Shown piece after piece: positions 20,079-29,050 of a stretch of DNA of 64,000 bases (positions are counted from its first letter, which is position 1; each line of letters opens with the position of its first letter). A program made the translations under genes and the position numbers. Location of the stretch: the NCBI GenBank assembly GCA_965197745.1, contig CBDANS010000007.1:416001-480000 (forward strand). Reading direction: 5' to 3'. The DNA comes from Opitutales bacterium. GTDB lineage: Bacteria > Verrucomicrobiota > Verrucomicrobiia > Opitutales > PNEW01. Under the pieces are notes generated by a model, which searched no databases, was not told the DNA's origin, and worked only from the letters and a program-made list of their open reading frames with translations.

Positions 20079-20288
20079 GTGATGAAAAATAATTACACGC
20101 CCACGCTTTTCCCTCAATTAGAGGACAGTGAATTCAGGGAACATCGTTATTCTCTACCAAAAATCCTTGAAGAACTTAAGCACGAGCGAGCATCCTCCTA
20201 TTTCGCCAAGGAAATTCTTGACCAGATTGAAATTTCCAAAATCTTCGACGGAAAAAGAATAGCGCGTGTTAACAGTAAGAAACGATAA
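20079..20288 (+). CDS. Small hypothetical protein
   Basis: SD-like AGAGG before the start; fills the gap between receiver and ATPase and overlaps the latter. Confidence 0.6.
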   Translation: MMKNNYTPTLFPQLEDSEFREHRYSLPKILEELKHERASSYFAKEILDQIEISKIFDGKRIARVNSKKR

Positions 20289-21960
20289 ATTCATGGAGCT
20301 GCTTCGGCAGCCGCCATATGATCTGGAGGATGAGGTGCTCAACCCGTTATTGGTGGAGCACGAGGAAGGCAGTTTGCCTTTATTGGAGAAACTCATTGAA
20401 GATAAAATTCTCCCAAAATGGGAAGCGTGCGAGTTGTGGAGCAATTGTTTTGGGATGGCCTATGTCGAGCCCGTGACCACCCTTGTAAGTCGGGAAGCCC
20501 TGCAAAAGATACCGATGGAGATAGCGAACAAAGCTAATGTTTTGCCGCTATATATTTTTGATGATGTTCTTACGGTATCGATGATAAACCCTTCGGACGA
20601 AAAGTTAAGGGAACAGCTTGAGCAAATTTTTCAGATGCGCATCAGTCCGGTGTTCAGTCTGCCGGTTGAAATCGACACCGCGATATCCATTCATTACCAG
20701 ACGGAAGAAGGGCTTATGGAAAGCCTGGAAGAGCTCAAGACATTAGATTTTGATTTCAGCGGGGAAATGACCGAGGAAAATATCCAAGAGCTGACCGAAA
20801 ATGCATCACTCATTCAGATTATAAATTCGCTTATATATTATGCACTTCGTGAACGAGCATCGGATATTCATATCGAACCCGGTGAGATATTCACGAAAAT
20901 TCGATTTCGCGTTGATGGAATTTTACAAGAGATGCTGACTTTCCCGCAAAAGGTCCATGCCGCAGTCACCTCACGATTAAAAATACTCTGTGATCTCAAC
21001 ATCGCTGATCGCCGCTTTCCCAAGGATGGACGATTTTCATTAGATGTAGGGACCAATCGAGTAGACTTCCGCGTTTCATTAATGCCCACGATTCATGGGG
21101 AGAAAGTAGTGATTCGCGTGCTTGGGAACAAACAGGAAGTTTTGAAACTGGACCAGATGATGATATCTGAGACGCTATTAAAACCATTCAAGCGAATCAT
21201 TAAAAGTCCCAACGGAATAATATTTGTCACCGGCCCTACTGGATCGGGAAAAACGACCACTCTTTACGCCGCTCTCGCGGAAATTAATTCTGAGGAAATT
21301 AATATCACGACGATTGAAGATCCGGTGGAAATGCAAATGGAAGGGATCAATCAAAGCCAGGTAAATAAACAAATCGACCTTTCATTCGCGCCCCTCTTAC
21401 GTTCAATTTTACGCCAGGATCCCGACGTCATTCTCGTTGGTGAGATACGGGATTTGGAAACCGCAAAGATTGCCACTGAAGCGGCCCTCACCGGGCACCT
21501 CGTATTTGCCACCCTTCATACTAATAATGCATTGCAGGCGATTGTCCGGTTGGTGGAGATAGGGGTCGCTCCCTACCAGGTAGCGCCATCGATTGCCGGG
21601 GTATTAGCACAAAGATTGGCGGCCCGTATTTGTGACCACTGTAAAGAGCCCTATTATCCTTCATTAGAAACATTGGAAAATTATTTTTTAAATGAAGGGC
21701 TTACCGAAGTACCCTTCTATCGTGGGCGAGGTTGTGAAGAATGCCGGTTCACGGGGTTCAAAGGGCGAATCGCCTTTCATGAGCTGGCCCTGATTACAGA
21801 AGAGATGAGGGCCATCATTGCCAATGAAGGGAGCATAGGAGAGCTGCATCAGGCTGCAAATAAAGTTGAGTATCGCCCCTTGCACTACGACGGATTAAAA
21901 AAGGTACTCCTGGGGCTGACCACCATCGAAGAAGTCGAAAAGTACGCGGCCTTCTTCTGA
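20266..21960 (+). CDS. GspE/PilB family secretion or type IV pilus ATPase
   Basis: ASDIHIEP, Walker A GPTGSGKT, TIEDPVE, LRQDPDVILVGEIRD, TGHLVFATLHTN, CDHC...CEEC zinc motif. Confidence 0.95.
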   Translation: MLTVRNDKFMELLRQPPYDLEDEVLNPLLVEHEEGSLPLLEKLIEDKILPKWEACELWSNCFGMAYVEPVTTLVSREALQKIPMEIANKANVLPLYIFDDVLTVSMINPSDEKLREQLEQIFQMRISPVFSLPVEIDTAISIHYQTEEGLMESLEELKTLDFDFSGEMTEENIQELTENASLIQIINSLIYYALRERASDIHIEPGEIFTKIRFRVDGILQEMLTFPQKVHAAVTSRLKILCDLNIADRRFPKDGRFSLDVGTNRVDFRVSLMPTIHGEKVVIRVLGNKQEVLKLDQMMISETLLKPFKRIIKSPNGIIFVTGPTGSGKTTTLYAALAEINSEEINITTIEDPVEMQMEGINQSQVNKQIDLSFAPLLRSILRQDPDVILVGEIRDLETAKIATEAALTGHLVFATLHTNNALQAIVRLVEIGVAPYQVAPSIAGVLAQRLAARICDHCKEPYYPSLETLENYFLNEGLTEVPFYRGRGCEECRFTGFKGRIAFHELALITEEMRAIIANEGSIGELHQAANKVEYRPLHYDGLKKVLLGLTTIEEVEKYAAFF

Positions 21961-21970
21961 TTCTATTGCA

Positions 21971-22435
21971 TTAAGCGTTTTGGGTAAAATTCAATTTGGA
22001 TTTTGCATTCCCCATTAAGATTATAGCTAATCCAACTAAGAGGCCGACGTTACGGATGAGTAAAAGAGGATAGTTTGTCTGTAAAGATCCGGGATCGCCG
22101 AAACATCCGCAGACAATATCGAGACCGCGAAACCAGGAAAGACCGATGGCGAATATAAAGACGGTCATCAATGAGGTGAGAAGTAATAGTGCGCCCGTTA
22201 GCCCTTTTTTAATGATTAACGACACACCACAAACGATTTCCAGCGAGGGCAAAAGAAAAGCGAGAAGGTAAGCGAAAGAATAGGGGAGGATTCTTAAAGT
22301 TTCGATGGCGGTAAGAAATTCCACTGGATCTGCAATCTTGAGTATCCCGGCAAAGATAAACAGTCCACCTAAACTGATGCGCAGGACAGCAAGTATTAAT
22401 ACCGGTGCTCTTGGTAGCTTTGCCATGATTCCCAA
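21971..22435 (-). CDS. MauE/DoxX family redox-associated membrane protein
   Basis: R..LG.LFIFAGILK, RGLDIVCGCFG, LIRN; four TM segments. Confidence 0.9.
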   Translation of the reverse strand: MGIMAKLPRAPVLILAVLRISLGGLFIFAGILKIADPVEFLTAIETLRILPYSFAYLLAFLLPSLEIVCGVSLIIKKGLTGALLLLTSLMTVFIFAIGLSWFRGLDIVCGCFGDPGSLQTNYPLLLIRNVGLLVGLAIILMGNAKSKLNFTQNA

Positions 22436-22824
22436 CCTCCATGAAGGGTATGGATGTTACTTATCTGCAATTCACTTTTCAGGCGTTGAGCCACTTTTTT
22501 GCTGGCTTTACACAAACGGCTGTCACAATACACGATTATAGTTATATCCGGATCCCATTTTTCCATAAATTCAGTGAGGAGAGTTTCCCAGTCATCTTCA
22601 TTCAGGAGAACAGCGCCCGGTATATGATCTTCATCGAAATTTAATTTTGATCGCGCATCGACCCATAGTACTGAATCAATAATCTGCAGCGCGGAATTTA
22701 AAAGAATTTCATCTGCTCCAATATCGGTCTTACCATAAATCGGGGCCTTGGGGTGAAAGAGCCACGTGACGAGACCCAAAAAAACGGCGATGAATACGAT
22801 AATTCCCAATTCTTTAAGCATCAT
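22396..22824 (-). CDS. Membrane-anchored rhodanese-like domain protein
   Basis: N-terminal TM; WVDAR, DHIPGA, IVYCDSRLC, LHGGWESW. Confidence 0.9.
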   Translation of the reverse strand: MMLKELGIIVFIAVFLGLVTWLFHPKAPIYGKTDIGADEILLNSALQIIDSVLWVDARSKLNFDEDHIPGAVLLNEDDWETLLTEFMEKWDPDITIIVYCDSRLCKASKKVAQRLKSELQISNIHTLHGGWESWQSYQEHRY

Positions 22825-22860
22825 GCAAGCTGAATGAGGGGGTTAATTATGTCCCGTCAT

Positions 22861-23508
22861 TCATTGAACTCTCAAGTGAAAATAAAATAACTTCGGATTA
22901 TCTTTCGGGAAATCTGTTTTCACTAAGAGCTTACTGCTTTTCGAAGTTCGCATCGTTCCGGGATCAACGGTGAGAGCGTATTTTTTACCTGACTCTATTT
23001 CCTTTAAATCCAGGTTAAACGAATCATTGCTGTTCTCAATGTCAGTAATATTAATGGGTGACTCGGGTTGAAAGTCTATAGTGATAGTTTTAGGATTCAT
23101 CCGCTCATTCTTATGCCAAAAGAGCAGGCGGGTATTAATTTCCGCAATTTTTGGAATATTTACGACGAGCATTAATTCATAATAGGGATAATCAGGATCA
23201 TCCGTAAAAATGGTAATTATTTTTCTCTGCAAACCCTCACGTTGCCCAATATTGAATATCGCTTCTATTGCCCCCTCTTCACCCGCCAGATAATTCATTT
23301 TTTCCATCGCTGCGGTGGTGCACCCACAACTGGTTTTGATGGATGTAATGGTAACGGGGTAATCACCCTTATTACTGAATTGAAAAGTTCGCCTGACTTC
23401 CTTGTCGTCAAACTTCACTTCAATCTCATCACTTTTTACCTTAAAATAAATTTGCCCCTGCAGCGAGAGCGGCAAGACGAGGATGAGGACAATACCGAGA
23501 AATTTCAT
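22861..23508 (-). CDS. DUF1573 domain exported protein
   Basis: Signal peptide; FQFSNKGDYPVTI..IKTSCGCT. Confidence 0.85.
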   Translation of the reverse strand: MKFLGIVLILVLPLSLQGQIYFKVKSDEIEVKFDDKEVRRTFQFSNKGDYPVTITSIKTSCGCTTAAMEKMNYLAGEEGAIEAIFNIGQREGLQRKIITIFTDDPDYPYYELMLVVNIPKIAEINTRLLFWHKNERMNPKTITIDFQPESPINITDIENSNDSFNLDLKEIESGKKYALTVDPGTMRTSKSSKLLVKTDFPKDNPKLFYFHLRVQ

Positions 23509-23622
23509 GGGCAGATTATATCAGAAATAAAGATAAGACATCCATATAAAATAAGCAACGAATTAGACTTTACAAGAATGCCTTTAAATTCCAACGATTG
23601 AAATCGAAGGAAAAGTCAGCTC

Positions 23623-25191
23623 GTGGGGATAATAGAAATAACGGTCATCGTAATTTATTTAGGTTTCCTGGGAACCCTGGGGTTGTATTTTTCACGCCGT
23701 CAAAAGACAACAGAAGACTACTTTCTGGCCGGCCGCAAATTACCGGGTTGGGTGGTCGGTTTTTCAATCATGGGAACGATTGTCGGGAGCGCAACTTTCA
23801 TCGGACATCCCGGCGAGGTGTTTAAAAGGAACATGTGGGCTTTGCCCATGCACATGGTTTATCCCTTCGTAATGATTTTTATCTCCGTTTTTCTGGTGGC
23901 TTTTTACCGCAGGACGATCCGCATGACTGCCTATCGGTATCTGGAAATGCGTTTCGGCTACCCCGCGCGGATCTATGGCGCAGGCGCATTTATTGTCAGC
24001 CATGTTTTAGACTTAAGTATTACATTCTATTTTTTGGCAGTCGCCGTTGGCTACATGAGTGGATGGGATGTGTGGTGGGTCATCCTCATCGTGGGCATGG
24101 CGACAGTCATATATACCATGGTGGGTGGGATCGAAGCGGTAGTATGGACCGATGTGATTCAAGGGACGTTACTTGTCCTCGGCGGCCTGGTTTGTTTAGG
24201 AGTATTACTCTTTTCTGGACCTGATGGACCGATGGCGATTATCACCAAGGCTTGGGAGGGCGGAAAATTTGCATTGGGTAAATGGGATTTATGGGATTTC
24301 AGTTGGTTTGAAAATAATCAGTGGTTTTATATATTAGGCGGGGCATTTGGCGCACTGCAATACTTAGCCTGTGACCAGAGCAATGTACAGCGTTATCTTC
24401 TGTCACGGACCGATAAAGAAGCAGCCAAAGGAGCCTTTATCGGAGCAGCTTCATGTCTCCCTATCTGGATTCTGTTCATGATAATAGGAGCCTTAATGTG
24501 GGCATTTTATGAATTATCAACGGATCAAATACCGCTTGAGGTGCTTCAGGAAAAGGACTTCATCGTCCCTTACTTTATTAAAACCCAGTTACCTGCCGGT
24601 TTGATTGGCCTTATTTTAGCGGCCTTAATGGCGGCGGCAATGTCTTCAATAGACTCCGAATTGAATGCCATGGCGGCGGTGATAGTTAATGATTTTTATG
24701 TGCGACTTCAACCAGAGTCTAAAGATAAACATCGGTTACTGCTGGGGAAAATCACGGTCGCCGTTTTTGGAGCAACATCTATCTTTATAGCACAGCAATG
24801 GATCGGTATTAAATCAGTCATAGAATTGTCCGTTACCGTTGCCGCGATCGTGACGGGTGGAATCCTCGGTCTGTTTGCGCTGGGGTTTTTGTTTAAATGG
24901 ACGACAGCACGGGGAGCTTATATTGGAATTATATTTTGTATTTTCTTCACCGCGTGGGCAACATTCACCAGGGTTAAACTTCCCGGGATGGAAACAACCT
25001 TGCTTGACCTGGGGCATTTCAATTACACATTAAGTCCCTACCTGATTGGACTCTTCAGTCATTTTGTTTTAGTTATCGTCGGGTTGCTGGCGAGTAAACT
25101 TGCCGGTGGACCTCAACCGGATACCAGAGATCTTACATTTTGGGACGTCCTCTCCAAGCGCCGTGCGGAGGCAGGGAAAAGGGAAATGTGA
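23623..25191 (+). CDS. Sodium:solute symporter (SSS) family transporter
   Basis: EDYFLAGR, GGIEAVVWTDVIQ, DQSNVQRYL, AAAMSSIDS. Confidence 0.95.
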   Translation: MGIIEITVIVIYLGFLGTLGLYFSRRQKTTEDYFLAGRKLPGWVVGFSIMGTIVGSATFIGHPGEVFKRNMWALPMHMVYPFVMIFISVFLVAFYRRTIRMTAYRYLEMRFGYPARIYGAGAFIVSHVLDLSITFYFLAVAVGYMSGWDVWWVILIVGMATVIYTMVGGIEAVVWTDVIQGTLLVLGGLVCLGVLLFSGPDGPMAIITKAWEGGKFALGKWDLWDFSWFENNQWFYILGGAFGALQYLACDQSNVQRYLLSRTDKEAAKGAFIGAASCLPIWILFMIIGALMWAFYELSTDQIPLEVLQEKDFIVPYFIKTQLPAGLIGLILAALMAAAMSSIDSELNAMAAVIVNDFYVRLQPESKDKHRLLLGKITVAVFGATSIFIAQQWIGIKSVIELSVTVAAIVTGGILGLFALGFLFKWTTARGAYIGIIFCIFFTAWATFTRVKLPGMETTLLDLGHFNYTLSPYLIGLFSHFVLVIVGLLASKLAGGPQPDTRDLTFWDVLSKRRAEAGKREM

Positions 25192-25222
25192 ACAGTGAAC
25201 AGTGAACAGTGAACAGTGAGTG
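25188..25222 (+). repeat. Tandem heptamer repeat (GTGAACA)x4 plus a degenerate copy
   Basis: gtgaaca at 25188, 25195, 25202, 25209; gtgagtg at 25216; overlaps the symporter stop codon. Confidence 0.9.
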
Positions 25223-25399
25223 TAGGTTCAGGGTTCGGGGTTGTGAAGAAGGTATCTTATTCCCATTTTCACATACACCCTTTATCGCATTACCACATTT
25301 ACGCTTTACCGCTTGTACGCACATCCAGCTTGTCACTCCTTCATTAGGACAGTAAGGTTGTGTATGCTATGCTTAATGCACTAATGGAAACGTTCACCT

Positions 25400-26425
25400 G
25401 TGAAAAAAAAGAAAAAGACATTGCCGGTGGGGAAACTGCCATCTGAAATGTTGGCGGAAATGCTCGATCAAGCCCCGATCAATGATCCGAGTGTGATCGT
25501 GGGGCCGGGTGTGGGAATGGACTGCGCGGTGGTGGACACCGGGATAAAATATTTAGTCTATAAATCAGATCCGATCACTTTTGCTACAGACGAAATCGGG
25601 TGGTACGCCGTGCAGATTAATGCTAACGACATAGCCACTACCGGCGCCATCCCCCGTTGGTTTATGTTAACCCTTTTACTTCCCGAAGGGGAAACGACAG
25701 ACGAATTAGTGGAACAGATAACGGGTCAAGTATACCGGGCATGCGAAGCGATGAGTATCGCGGTAATTGGCGGACACACTGAAATCACTTATGGTTTGGA
25801 TCGGCCAATCATTGCGGGAACCTTAATTGGTGAAGTTGAACGGGATGATTTGATAACGCCACGGGGGGCAAGACCTGGCGATCATATTATGCTGACGAAA
25901 GGGGTACCGATAGAGACCACGGCCATTCTTGCTCGTGAATATCCCGAGCGCTTGAGCGCGGTGTTGAGTGAATCTGAGATAAAAGAAGCCGCGGCCTATT
26001 TGACTGATCCCGGGATTAGTGTCTCACAAGAAGCGCAAATCGCGGTAAAAGCCGGTAGGGTTACGGCGATGCATGATCCTACTGAAGGCGGGTTGTCTTC
26101 TGCCCTCTGGGAACTGGCTGAAGCGAGTTCCCGCTCACTTTGCATTAAGGTGTCCGCAGTACCTATCCCGGTCCTGTCCTCAAAAGTATGTGAAGTATTT
26201 AAGATCGATCCATTGTCATCAATTGCTTCAGGGGCATTGCTATTTACAACGACGCCCGATGACGTCAACCGAATTCGAAAGCGATTCGAAGAGGAAAGGA
26301 TAACCTGTGCTGACATCGGCGTTGTCGAAGATGGCCCGACAGGTGTCTGGTGTGAATCGCAGGCAGAGCGTGAACAATTAAATCGCCCTGTTCGAGATGA
26401 GATAACACGGGTATTTGAAGAATGA
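25400..26425 (+). CDS. AIR synthase-related protein (HypE/ThiL/PurM superfamily)
   Basis: GPGVGMDCA, SDPIT, NANDIA, IGGHTE, AMHDPTEGG. Confidence 0.88.
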   Translation: MKKKKKTLPVGKLPSEMLAEMLDQAPINDPSVIVGPGVGMDCAVVDTGIKYLVYKSDPITFATDEIGWYAVQINANDIATTGAIPRWFMLTLLLPEGETTDELVEQITGQVYRACEAMSIAVIGGHTEITYGLDRPIIAGTLIGEVERDDLITPRGARPGDHIMLTKGVPIETTAILAREYPERLSAVLSESEIKEAAAYLTDPGISVSQEAQIAVKAGRVTAMHDPTEGGLSSALWELAEASSRSLCIKVSAVPIPVLSSKVCEVFKIDPLSSIASGALLFTTTPDDVNRIRKRFEEERITCADIGVVEDGPTGVWCESQAEREQLNRPVRDEITRVFEE

Positions 26426-26480
26426 TATGAGTACCCTGATCTTTGACCTCGGAAAATGAAAAAGAAGGAGAGCATTATTT

Positions 26481-27053
26481 ATGGGAATAGTGAGAGCCGG
26501 CACGGTTGAGCAGATGCCACGATTGGTCCCTGATCACAAGCTGCCGCGCTATGCTTATATCCCGGGCCAATCGCCGCATCCGACCCGTGATCCCTCAGGG
26601 CATCATTTTAAATTAAATGAGATAAGAGATGACCTTTTCATTCAAGACCAATGGGAGAACTGTATAGCCTATCTATTGGGGTTTGATTTATTTAATTTGG
26701 GCTATTACTGGGAATCTCATGAGTCATGGGAAAGTCTGTGGCATGCAGTGGGACGAAAAGGAAACAAAGCGGTATTTCTCCAGGGATTGATCAAGTTAGC
26801 TGCATCGGGAGTAAAAGCAAAGCAGGGCAGCATTACAGGGCTGAATAAGCATGCGGATGGGGCAATAAAACTATTCAGGGAAGTCGGCCTCGGGATAAAA
26901 GATGAGGGCGAAAATTATTATGGGTTTAAGTTAAAAAGTTTGATTGAGGTAGCGGAGGAAGTGAAAGCGATAAATCTGGAAAAAAGCGTAGGAACAGACC
27001 TTAAAAATCCCTGTGTTTTTGAATTCATTCTCCTGCCTGATTCAATTAACTGA
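26481..27053 (+). CDS. DUF309 domain protein
   Basis: LFNLGYYWESHESWESLW, FLQGLIKLAA. Confidence 0.85.
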   Translation: MGIVRAGTVEQMPRLVPDHKLPRYAYIPGQSPHPTRDPSGHHFKLNEIRDDLFIQDQWENCIAYLLGFDLFNLGYYWESHESWESLWHAVGRKGNKAVFLQGLIKLAASGVKAKQGSITGLNKHADGAIKLFREVGLGIKDEGENYYGFKLKSLIEVAEEVKAINLEKSVGTDLKNPCVFEFILLPDSIN

Positions 27054-27058
27054 TAGTT

Positions 27059-28846
27059 TTACCAGCCGATGGCATAACAGGATCTTCGCTGATCGGCTCC
27101 CGTGCTGAGCATACCGGTAAGAGGGTCCCTGCGTGCCACCGTGGCTCCCATACCGCAAACTTCTTTATGCACTATCTTATGCCCCAGTGCGGTTAAAGAC
27201 GCTTCCGTCTCCGGCGGAGATCCATCTTCCAAAGCCAGTTGACCGGGGAAATAATGATGGGGATAAAAAGAATCCGGCATACTGTCCGTGCCAAAACGTG
27301 GCGCTTCGACAGCTTCCTGGGGATTCATCTTAAAGAGGAGGGTATTGAGGATTAATTGCAGGCAAGCTTGAGTTTGTTGATCTCCACCGGGGCAGCCTAT
27401 AGTCATCTCCGGCTTTCCTTCTTTCATTAAAATATAGTTAACGAGGGTCGTTCTTGGACGTTTGCCGGGTTCGAGTCGATTGGGATGGTTCTTCTCGAGA
27501 TTGAACATCTCAATGCGAGTACTGAAAGTGCAACCTAGTTCAGGGAAAAAAACAGCATCACTCAAGGAACCACCGCTGGGTGTGGCGCATATCATGTTAC
27601 CTTCTTCGTCCAATACCGCAATGTGAGTAGTTCCCTGGTTGTGACCGGACTGACCTGTGGTAGCGGTCGGAACGGGAACCGGATGAGAAACCGGTTTCCC
27701 CTCATGAGTGGAATAGAGCCAGGGGTTACCGGCTGGAGGAAGTTCGGGGTAGGCGCGATCAGTTTTGATAAGCGTGGCGCGCTCAGCTCCGTAATCTTTA
27801 GCGATTAAACCATCAATAGGGATAGTGGAAAAATCAGGGTCGCCGTAGTATGCCGCTCGATCGGCAAATGCCAGTTTAAAAGCTTCGACGATGGTATGTA
27901 TGTAGCGGGGTGAATTGTACCCCATAGAGACAAGATCAAATTTTTCTAAAATATTCAGAGTCTGCATCAATACAGCGGACTGACTCCATGTAGAGTGCCC
28001 GCAAATTACGTACCCGGCAAATTCACTTGTAATCGGTTGGTCGTATTTCGCATGGTAAGTTGCAAGGTCTTCAAGGGTGAGAATACCACCAACGCGTTGA
28101 GCGCAATCGACAATTAATTCCGCGATGTCACCTCGGTAGAATGAATCGCGTGCGGCCTTAAGTCCGGCTTTACGGTCTCCTGATTCCTTCGATTCCGCTT
28201 CGACGAGTTTCTTTAATGTATTGGCCAGACCTTTTTGGACCAGGAGTGAGCCGGGTTGAGGGAGCGCGCCATCCCGAAAAAAAATATCCATGCACCCGGG
28301 AGGAAAATTTCTACTCTGTTCACCTATTGTCTCTGGATTAAGCCGGTGGAGCATGTACTCATAGAATGGAAATCCAGTATCGGCATAATAAATTACGGAT
28401 TCCAGGACATCACATAATTTTTTTCTACCATAACGTTCAAGGAGAGAAATATATGCATCGACAACTCCAGGCACGGTCATGGCAAGATGAGCCAGTGGTC
28501 CCGGCCCTTTTGGGATACATTCGAGATTATGTGATTTATAAAAATCTACGGTGGCCATGGCCGGCGCGCATCCCTGCCCACTCAAAGAGAGAAGATCACC
28601 AGAATCCGCATGGTAGAGCATAAATACACCTTCAGCTCCTAATGAATAAGAACCGGTCGGTTCAAAAACCGCGGCGGCAAATCCAGCGGCAACAAGCGCG
28701 TCAAAGGCATTTCCCCCCTTCTGTAATATTTGCATACCTGCCATTGAAGTGAGGTAGTGTCCGCTGGAGATTATTCCCTGCTTCGCATAAATGACAGGCC
28801 TGCCAGTGCTCCCCCAAATACTCTCTTTATCTTTTAATGATGACAT
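27059..28846 (-). CDS. Gamma-glutamyltransferase family Ntn-hydrolase (YwrD/HpxW-like)
   Basis: GGNAFDA, VPGVVDA, nucleophile GTTH, PGKRPRTTL, GCPGGDQQ. Confidence 0.92.
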   Translation of the reverse strand: MSSLKDKESIWGSTGRPVIYAKQGIISSGHYLTSMAGMQILQKGGNAFDALVAAGFAAAVFEPTGSYSLGAEGVFMLYHADSGDLLSLSGQGCAPAMATVDFYKSHNLECIPKGPGPLAHLAMTVPGVVDAYISLLERYGRKKLCDVLESVIYYADTGFPFYEYMLHRLNPETIGEQSRNFPPGCMDIFFRDGALPQPGSLLVQKGLANTLKKLVEAESKESGDRKAGLKAARDSFYRGDIAELIVDCAQRVGGILTLEDLATYHAKYDQPITSEFAGYVICGHSTWSQSAVLMQTLNILEKFDLVSMGYNSPRYIHTIVEAFKLAFADRAAYYGDPDFSTIPIDGLIAKDYGAERATLIKTDRAYPELPPAGNPWLYSTHEGKPVSHPVPVPTATTGQSGHNQGTTHIAVLDEEGNMICATPSGGSLSDAVFFPELGCTFSTRIEMFNLEKNHPNRLEPGKRPRTTLVNYILMKEGKPEMTIGCPGGDQQTQACLQLILNTLLFKMNPQEAVEAPRFGTDSMPDSFYPHHYFPGQLALEDGSPPETEASLTALGHKIVHKEVCGMGATVARRDPLTGMLSTGADQRRSCYAIGW

Positions 28847-29050
28847 GATATGAATGCTTTAAGCGGTCTAACATATAATTGAGACAAACCAAACGATGGA
28901 GGAAGTAAGCGGGTGACATTTTGTATAACTTATGGGGACTTGCGTGGTCAATTTAAAGATTTAGAATATGAAAAGACCTTGTAATGAAAAAAACGATGTT
29001 AAAGATAGAGAAAATAGATAAATTTTTAGTCGGGTAGTAGCCGAGTTAAG

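Noticed and set aside
25188..25222. CRISPR array
   Set aside because: 7-nt tandem units with no spacers and no cas genes in the window
25400..26425. hypE of a hydrogenase maturation operon
   Set aside because: No other hyp or hydrogenase genes, and the C-terminal PRIC motif of HypE is absent
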